Shown one piece after another: positions 58,122 through 64,000 of a DNA stretch of 64,000 nt. The stretch lies in IMG/VR virus record IMGVR_UViG_3300042876_000347; one strand, given 5' to 3'. Below the pieces are notes generated by a model, which was not told where the DNA came from, searched no databases, and saw only the letters and a list, made by a program, of their open reading frames with translations. The translations under genes were made by a program, and so were the position numbers. Numbering within the stretch: position 1 is the first letter of the stretch; every line of letters begins with the position of its first letter. This stretch comes from an uncultured virus (IMG/VR IMGVR_UViG_3300042876_000347). Lineage: Duplodnaviria > Heunggongvirae > Uroviricota > Caudoviricetes.

Positions 58122-58241
58122 TTACTTCCCCGTCTTGTTGTTCTGCGCAGGAGCAGGACTAGAATGCCCACCGCCCGGCTTAACAATCGCATCTTTGAAG
58201 GGGGAGTTCACTAGGGTGCTGCCCTTCTTGGTTTCTGCCAT
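58122..58241 (-). CDS. 39-aa peptide MAETKKGSTLVNSPFKDAIVKPGGG..., not in the ORF track
   Basis: AAGGAG SD, own promoter, FKDAIVKP motif. Confidence 0.75.
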   Translation of the reverse strand: MAETKKGSTLVNSPFKDAIVKPGGGHSSPAPAQNNKTGK

Positions 58242-58275
58242 TTCGTTATAGTCTCCTTTCGACGGAACTACTGTT

Positions 58276-58305
58276 ATAGTAAAGTCCTAAAGCCCTAGGT
58301 GTCAA
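58276..58305 (-). promoter_or_regulatory. Sigma-70-like promoter for the scaffold/capsid genes
   Basis: TTGACA-N18-TACTAT on -. Confidence 0.65.
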
Positions 58306-60404
58306 GCACTTTCGGAAACTACTGGACGGGTTCCGCCGTCCCGGGTTTCGAAGTGAGGAGCCACCGCGCCCGAAGGAGGTCTGCCCCCTGAGGCATTAGG
58401 ACCTGGGGGAGCTGGAGGCCCACCGGCTGGGGCCGGTCCCATTTGTGGAGGGGTACCCCCTGGGGGCATCCCACCGCCCATCTGCTGCTGCGCCATCATC
58501 TGCATCATCATTTGCTGCATTTGAATCTGCTGCATCTGAAGCTGCTGGAGCTGACTCTGTAGCTGAGCCTGCACTAACTCAGGCGTTGGCCCTTGCATAA
58601 GGCCCTGCTCCCGGGCTTTGACGATCCGCTCTGGCACAGTCTCCGCAGGGTAGGGGCCAATGTCGGGAACGTCAAACTGCGTCCAGACTGTCCAGGGATC
58701 CATGAGGTTCGACCTAAGTAGCTGTAGCATGAACATCTTCTGGGTAGTGTGGCTAACATTGAGCCAAGAGTTTGGCGCCACCTGGAAGGAGAAGAGCTTG
58801 TGGTGTTCCATGGCGCGCTCCTGCCTAGTGCCCTCACCAGCAGGCACAAGGGTACCTGGGTCAAAGTCGAAGTCCTCCCGAGTAAGGCCATCCTTGCCGA
58901 GAAGTTCGATCCTCCTGGGAGCGGAGTACCACTGGAAGAAGCCAACCTTTAGCATCTCAGCTAGCTCAGAAAGGGAGATTTCCATGTTCCTAGACCTTAG
59001 CCGTAGGATTGGGCTGAGCGCCTCCATGAAGCGCTCCATGGTATCAGCTGATGGCATCTGGCCTAGCTGAGAGAGTTGCTGAACGCCGCGCATCCCTGAG
59101 GCGTCATCCATGGCTACTTTGAGGTATTCGATCAGATTGTTATAGATGGTGAAGACCTGCGGGTCAGGACCATCAAGCACCTTGAAGGGCTCCCCCGCCG
59201 CTGGGTTGTAATGGAACTTCACACCAGCCTTCCGGGTGTCTAGCGCATCTAGGGCACTCTTAGGCATAGCTCGCTTGTCAGCTGCCACGCTCCTTCGTAC
59301 CCACTGGTTGAGACCATCCTCCGCTCCTCGGAGTGCTTCGTTAAGGGCATCCTGGAGGGGAATGAGATCTCCCAGCACGCTGGCACCTAGGAGGGTCCAA
59401 GGGATGGGATCCATGGTAAACCTGACCACAGGGAAGAGCCCGTGCCAGTGAGGGTTGGGGAGGTCCTTAAGGACTGCCTCAGGAGTAAAGATGATTAGCC
59501 GGCCCCTAGGGTAGAGTTTAGCCTCCTCCTTAGTGACCACCGTTCCATCTTCCCTGGTCCAGCCCATTGGGTAGACCGTGTAGGACCATTCGCCCTCACC
59601 TAGAGTGATAGGCTTGTCGCCTAGGTTTAGGGTGTCATCCTTCATGTACGCACGCATCACATCTACGCCCGGTGGGTCCTGAACGTTCTTCTTGCCCTCT
59701 AGGACTTCCCACTGGGGGCTAACGATAGAGCCCATTCCTGAGGAGCTATCCGTCCTTGGGATTGGTGCCCAGGTGAGCTCCTTACCGAAGATCTTCGGTG
59801 CCTTAGAGGGGAACATGCGCTTGACAGTTTCCAGGGGCATCCGCTGCCGTAGGATCACCCCACGCCAGTCCTGAATACTATCAGAGTAGACCGGATCAAT
59901 AGGAACCACATCTCGGGGGTCAAAGGGGATCAGCTCAAGATCACCTTGCCCACCCTGCAACTCCTTGTTGAAAGTCAGGAGACCATAACCTGTGCCCCCA
60001 CACAGGGCGTACAAGAGAATGCTAACTAGCCTCTTATCCGCCTTGGTGTTCTTCCACCATGCTCTCGCAAGCTTGTTAAGCACATCGCCCTGCTTCTTAA
60101 ACTCCTCGGCGTAGGTCTCGTAGTTCCAAATCGGCCGCACGTCCGTCAGCGTGGCACACGCTTCCATGGCGATCTTCCGCATCCGGTTGTCCACAATCCT
60201 GGAGATCGTCCTACTCTTCATCGAGTACTGCTTACCCTCAAGGTAAAGCATCGCCTGAGGCATCTGATCCCAGGCACGCTCCTTCTTGAGGAGAGTCATC
60301 CCTTCGCCATGCTTGATTCTAAGCCAGCTGAGAAGGACCTTTTCCTGCTCATCGGCTGAAGCTACTTTAGCTGCAGCGTTGTCGTAGTTTGATAGTTCAG
60401 CCAC
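58302..60404 (-). CDS. Portal protein
   Basis: 700 aa; DLIPLQDALN and SG....QL....Q.PSADT patterns; Q/P/G-rich tail; upstream of scaffold and capsid. Confidence 0.85.
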   Translation of the reverse strand: MAELSNYDNAAAKVASADEQEKVLLSWLRIKHGEGMTLLKKERAWDQMPQAMLYLEGKQYSMKSRTISRIVDNRMRKIAMEACATLTDVRPIWNYETYAEEFKKQGDVLNKLARAWWKNTKADKRLVSILLYALCGGTGYGLLTFNKELQGGQGDLELIPFDPRDVVPIDPVYSDSIQDWRGVILRQRMPLETVKRMFPSKAPKIFGKELTWAPIPRTDSSSGMGSIVSPQWEVLEGKKNVQDPPGVDVMRAYMKDDTLNLGDKPITLGEGEWSYTVYPMGWTREDGTVVTKEEAKLYPRGRLIIFTPEAVLKDLPNPHWHGLFPVVRFTMDPIPWTLLGASVLGDLIPLQDALNEALRGAEDGLNQWVRRSVAADKRAMPKSALDALDTRKAGVKFHYNPAAGEPFKVLDGPDPQVFTIYNNLIEYLKVAMDDASGMRGVQQLSQLGQMPSADTMERFMEALSPILRLRSRNMEISLSELAEMLKVGFFQWYSAPRRIELLGKDGLTREDFDFDPGTLVPAGEGTRQERAMEHHKLFSFQVAPNSWLNVSHTTQKMFMLQLLRSNLMDPWTVWTQFDVPDIGPYPAETVPERIVKAREQGLMQGPTPELVQAQLQSQLQQLQMQQIQMQQMMMQMMAQQQMGGGMPPGGTPPQMGPAPAGGPPAPPGPNASGGRPPSGAVAPHFETRDGGTRPVVSESA

Positions 60405-60413
60405 TTAAGCTCC

Positions 60414-60978
60414 TTAAACCCAGCAGTTCGGCATGCCTACGCCGTTGCCTTCTTTGTACTCCTGCTTGCCAGTGCGGTGGTTGTAGCCCACATATTCCTT
60501 GTTAATCCAAGCAGAGTCATCCCGCTTCACGCAGCCATGCTGTTGCATCAAGGCGCGCTCATGGGCTCTGGAGGTCACTTCGACTTCCTGGCCTGTGAAC
60601 ATCTTCGTAGTGAAGGGGTAAGACTTCTCGGTGACTAGGTGGCTAGAACCATGTGGGCAATAAGGCCAGTCGCCAATTTGGATTTCCTTATTGCAAGTGT
60701 CACACTGCATTTTAAGTTCCTAGAATAGCTGCAACCTGATCCTTCACTGCATCAGTGGCTGCTCTGTACTTGTCTGCAATTACCTTAGCACGGACATCCT
60801 TAGTAGTATTAAGGTAAGAGTTCACTGCTGAGCCTAGGATGTAGCTAGCATACTCATTCATGTCCACAAAGGGGAGACCTGTTACTGGGTTAACCTGCCC
60901 AGCTAGGAAGTTAGAAGTTAGCTCTGTGAGCTCTTTTGCACTTACGATTACTTCACCTTGGATTTTAGCCATTTTCAT
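60414..60978 (-). other. Two small ORFs (60414-60710 zinc-binding, 60712-60978)
   Basis: Co-oriented with SD motifs; CDTC...CPHG. Confidence 0.65.
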
Positions 60979-60984
60979 CCCCCC

Positions 60985-61722
60985 TTATGGGATTGTCGCC
61001 ATTGCGCGCCAAGCGTAGGTATCAGCAGCCGCTTTGGCACAAATTGAAATAGAGTCTGCCACTCCGGCGCCACCCGCGTCGTACCAGATGGCACCCCGGA
61101 TACCGGCTGCGCAGGTGGGCTGGGTGCCACCATCCACGATACGAACCGCGCCCGGTTCACCTGTGCTGGACTTGTCGCCGCCCGAGAGTAGCAGGTTGCC
61201 ACCATTGGCGATGCCGGATGTTCCCGCGCCGCCCTTGACGGTCAGGTCGCCGCCTGCGATGGTGGCCCCGGTACTGTCCGAGCCCTTGATCGTCTGGGCG
61301 GTGGCTGTGGCTGCGTCGACGCCGAGCTGGAGAGTGGCTGCGGTGTCTCGCACAAGAGATAGGTCAGCGGATGCTGTAGGGCCGGCCGTTGAAGACCACG
61401 AGAAGGCCGATGCAGCGGGGAGACGAATGCCAGATAGGTGCAGATATCCCGAGATCGTTCCTGAGCCAATCCAGTAAAAGCCAGCACTGCTGGCGAGGGA
61501 TATCCCGACAGTGGGGTAAGTGCTAAAGGCGATGCTGGGAGCAGGCGCCGTCCCATCAGGAATCAGAATTGGCCCCGTCGTGAACGTAGTCGGCTTGGCG
61601 ATGGTAACCTTAGTGTTGTCCTCAGTAATGCTTGGAGTCCCACCTGTGCCTCCGCCACCATACTGCGCGTTAGCGCCAGTTGCTACTAGAAGGAGGGAAA
61701 GTGTTAAGAAAAGCTTTTTCAT
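60985..61722 (-). CDS. Fibre-like protein with a Sec signal peptide
   Basis: MKKLFLTLSLLLVATGANA-QY; PDGT.PAPSI.F and GGDLT..GGAG fibre-type repeats. Confidence 0.8.
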   Translation of the reverse strand: MKKLFLTLSLLLVATGANAQYGGGGTGGTPSITEDNTKVTIAKPTTFTTGPILIPDGTAPAPSIAFSTYPTVGISLASSAGFYWIGSGTISGYLHLSGIRLPAASAFSWSSTAGPTASADLSLVRDTAATLQLGVDAATATAQTIKGSDSTGATIAGGDLTVKGGAGTSGIANGGNLLLSGGDKSSTGEPGAVRIVDGGTQPTCAAGIRGAIWYDAGGAGVADSISICAKAAADTYAWRAMATIP

Positions 61723-61732
61723 CTTAGGCTCC

Positions 61733-62887
61733 TTACTGAGGCGTACAAGTTGCTGGAGTCATGATGTCCCAGCGAGATTCAGACTGTAGGGTGGTCTGCG
61801 TTAGGGAGGAAACTGCGTTGAAACTAATCGCAAAGGAGTCTGTAGTGTCAGAACAAGTCACCGCATAGGTAAGGGTACCAGAGTTAATCGCAGCTGCGTT
61901 AGCATCAGTCGTCTCGTTAACAGTAGTGTTCCCGGTAACTGTGGTGAGGCCACAAGTTGTAGTGCCAGCCTTGTTTACAGCTGCTACTCGAATGTCAGCG
62001 CAGCGTTCCTGCTGATCTGTAGCATCAGCTGCGTAGACACAGTACTTAAGGGTACCTCCAGTGTGGGCGCCTGCTGCGAGGGCGCAATCCCAGGCTGCAG
62101 TAGCGGAGGACTCGGTGAGGGCCTTGGACTTGCTGCCTTGGATGGAGCGGGAGAGGTAGGCGTTGGCAAAGAGTTTTGCACTAGTACCCAAATCGACTAC
62201 GTCAGAACTTTCCGGCTGGAAGATGCTCGTGTTGTAATACACACCAGCACCAGAATTGGTTCTGAGATAGACACCCTTTCCGTTAGGAGAATTCAGAACA
62301 AGGTAGTCTGCGGAGTCGATTGTGATTCCGCGAGCAGTACCAGAGCCGAGAGACTGAGTCTTGATGTTGAATGCTGCCCCTGCTGTCCCGTAGATGCTCA
62401 GCCGCTCATAGTTCGCCCCATCCGTATACGTGTTGTACACGTTGAATGTCTGAGCATTCGTGCTATTGCGGAGGGCGAGAGTGTTGGCGGCGTCCCGCAC
62501 AAGAGCCACGTCAATCCCAGATACCGGATCTGTCGTAGGGCTGAAGCCGAGCGTACACGCCGCACAAACCCGAAGGTAACCACCAGCGATTCCCGTTGTT
62601 GCAACACCTCCAGTACGAAATACAATTGCCGTAGCCCCGGCAACCTTGTAGAACCCCAGCGTTGGGTCAGAAGTAAATCCCAAAGCTGGGGCAGCGAAGG
62701 TCCCATCCGGCAGCAGAATTGGCACCGTCGCTGTCAGGTTGCTCCCGTTCGCTGCGAGGCCGGGGATGTTACTCCCTGTCCCTCCCGAGTACTGCGCCTT
62801 AACCTCCGCCACTGGCAGAGTTAGCGCTAGCAGGGAACCGACAAAAAGAAGGAAGCCTGAAAGCTTCCTCACAAGTTTATTAGGCAT
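61733..62887 (-). CDS. Fibre-like protein with a Sec signal peptide (paralog of the previous gene)
   Basis: Basic N-terminus, hydrophobic core, VKA-QY; PDGT.AAP.L.F, RDAANTLALRN.TNAQTFNVYNT, DLGTSAK.F.NAYL. Confidence 0.8.
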   Translation of the reverse strand: MPNKLVRKLSGFLLFVGSLLALTLPVAEVKAQYSGGTGSNIPGLAANGSNLTATVPILLPDGTFAAPALGFTSDPTLGFYKVAGATAIVFRTGGVATTGIAGGYLRVCAACTLGFSPTTDPVSGIDVALVRDAANTLALRNSTNAQTFNVYNTYTDGANYERLSIYGTAGAAFNIKTQSLGSGTARGITIDSADYLVLNSPNGKGVYLRTNSGAGVYYNTSIFQPESSDVVDLGTSAKLFANAYLSRSIQGSKSKALTESSATAAWDCALAAGAHTGGTLKYCVYAADATDQQERCADIRVAAVNKAGTTTCGLTTVTGNTTVNETTDANAAAINSGTLTYAVTCSDTTDSFAISFNAVSSLTQTTLQSESRWDIMTPATCTPQ

Positions 62888-62892
62888 CCCTA

Positions 62893-63383
62893 TTACTCCA
62901 TCCCGTTAACAACAAGATAATTAGTGGCTCCAACTGTGCCAATAGCATAAACCTCTGCAGGGTTACCGTTCCAGCCTTCCCCACTATAGAAGTCATAGCT
63001 CTGGCCAGGAACTAGCTCAATGTGAATGTTCGCTGAGGTAGTCACATCTGCGTTCCCAAGTAGGAGATTCGCTGTGCTCCCCGCTGAATTCTTCACCGTC
63101 ATTCGCTTAGCAAACCTTCGGTCAGTAATCCCCAGTAGGTCAGCAATCGTTTTGGCTGTAGCCTGATGAGCTACGTTCGCGCCCCAAGCAACACAGGACA
63201 TTACTTATCCTCCCCTTCGAGCTCTTCCAGCTCTAGGTTAACCACCCCTGGTGCCCAGCCGCAGGGCTTGCTCCAGAGGCCATCATCCCGCTTCTCAACT
63301 TCGCTCTTCTCGTACTCCCTCCCCGTGTGCATCCCGAAGAGCCTACCCCCATGAACCTTCGTTACTTCCTCAACTAGCGCCAT
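62893..63383 (-). other. Two small ORFs (62893-63201 beta-rich, 63201-63383)
   Basis: Coupled ORFs with SD motifs. Confidence 0.65.
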
Positions 63384-63392
63384 TTAGACCTC

Positions 63393-63770
63393 CTATGGTC
63401 CAACAATAGTGGTTACTGCCTTAGTAACCATATCCCTAACATAGGTCTCGTAGGGCAGGCCCATGTACTTAGCCATGTCCTTCAGCCTCTGCCGCTGACC
63501 CTGGTTCAGGGGGATTTCCCCCACGTCCTGCAAGTTAACCCTAGCTGCCTTCTGCAGCCAAGCCTTCAGATCCTCAAAGGTCGAAACTGGAAACCCTAGG
63601 CCCTCACTAAGAGCAGCTAGCTCCTTAGTACCCAGCACCACGTATGGCCTATCTGGGTCGAAGCCCTGGAACTTCTCTAGAACCTTCTCCATAACCTTCC
63701 GAGGGTTCTTCGCGTCAAGGGCCACGTAGCTTTCGAAAAGCTCATCCGAGACCCTAAGGTTAATGTTCAT
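63393..63770 (-). CDS. Hypothetical protein, possible ribbon-helix-helix regulator
   Basis: MNINLRVSDELFE N-terminus; own promoter and AAGGAG SD. Confidence 0.55.
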   Translation of the reverse strand: MNINLRVSDELFESYVALDAKNPRKVMEKVLEKFQGFDPDRPYVVLGTKELAALSEGLGFPVSTFEDLKAWLQKAARVNLQDVGEIPLNQGQRQRLKDMAKYMGLPYETYVRDMVTKAVTTIVGP

Positions 63771-63797
63771 TTAGTTAATTACTCCTTTGTAAATACA

Positions 63798-63826
63798 ATT
63801 ATACCTTAGAGGTTAGGTCCAGTCCA
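63798..63826 (-). promoter_or_regulatory. Sigma-70 promoter for the head operon
   Basis: TGGACT-N17-TATAAT on -. Confidence 0.75.
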
Positions 63827-64000
63827 CACCTTCCATCAGGCGGTCATAGAGAGAATCCATGTCCTCGCCTACCCCTAGTCCTCCCGCTAACTCCCAGAGC
63901 TGCTTGGGCTTCCGCGGGTTCTGCCTTTGCTTCTCCTTAGCCTCCTGTTCCCGCCTTCTCTCATCAGCTATGTTTAGGATGTCAAACTCATGTGCGATGT
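63813..64000 (-). CDS. 3' end of a gene truncated by the window, possibly the terminase large subunit
   Basis: Open frame IAHEFDIL...EGVDWT-stop; identity inferred only from its position upstream of the portal module. Confidence 0.4.
   Translation of the reverse strand, partial: IAHEFDILNIADERRREQEAKEKQRQNPRKPKQLWELAGGLGVGEDMDSLYDRLMEGVDWT

Larger units (their letters stand above)
1..64000. other. Tailed dsDNA phage genome segment (podovirus-like), with convergent early/replication (+) and virion (-) arms
   Basis: Portal, scaffold, capsid, nozzle and ejection gene order on -; PolA, ThyX and recombination genes on +; dense small ORFs; no host housekeeping genes. Confidence 0.95.

Noticed and set aside
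62063..62824. 253-aa plus-strand ORF and the many other + ORFs across 35-63 kb
   Set aside because: Shadows of the - strand virion genes
1..64000. Genome-wide TAG stop-codon reassignment, suggested by abundant TAG and in-frame stop/start junctions
   Set aside because: Conserved long genes are intact in the standard code, TAG falls at sensible C-termini followed by SD-led genes, and no suppressor tRNA was seen

Overview
This window is about 64 kb of a tailed dsDNA bacteriophage genome with a podovirus-type virion module; it seems to begin near one genome end and to stop inside a probable terminase gene. The + strand (1-34.9 kb) carries small early genes, a radical SAM enzyme and a phiEco32-type peptide-ligase cluster (COOH-NH2 ligase, amidoligase, class II glutamine amidotransferase, ATP-grasp). 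It also carries nucleotide metabolism genes (deaminase, ThyX, HAD nucleotidase, DUF5664), recombination genes, lysis genes and a family A DNA polymerase. The polymerase is fused to a uracil-DNA glycosylase domain and split into two genes with two small ORFs in the break. The - strand (35-64 kb) carries portal, scaffold, major capsid, adaptor, nozzle, fibre and ejection proteins. Most unusual observations: the split polymerase; two fibre-like paralogs with Sec signal peptides in the head module; a GCGCTAGCGC palindrome repeated in the early region on a background of strong CTAG enrichment; probable ATC/CTG start codons; an inverted zinc-ribbon plus helicase cassette with no primase visible; and several small genes missed by the ORF track. 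No tRNA, CRISPR array, integrase or phage RNA polymerase was seen. All functional calls come from motif recognition by eye, not from database searches.
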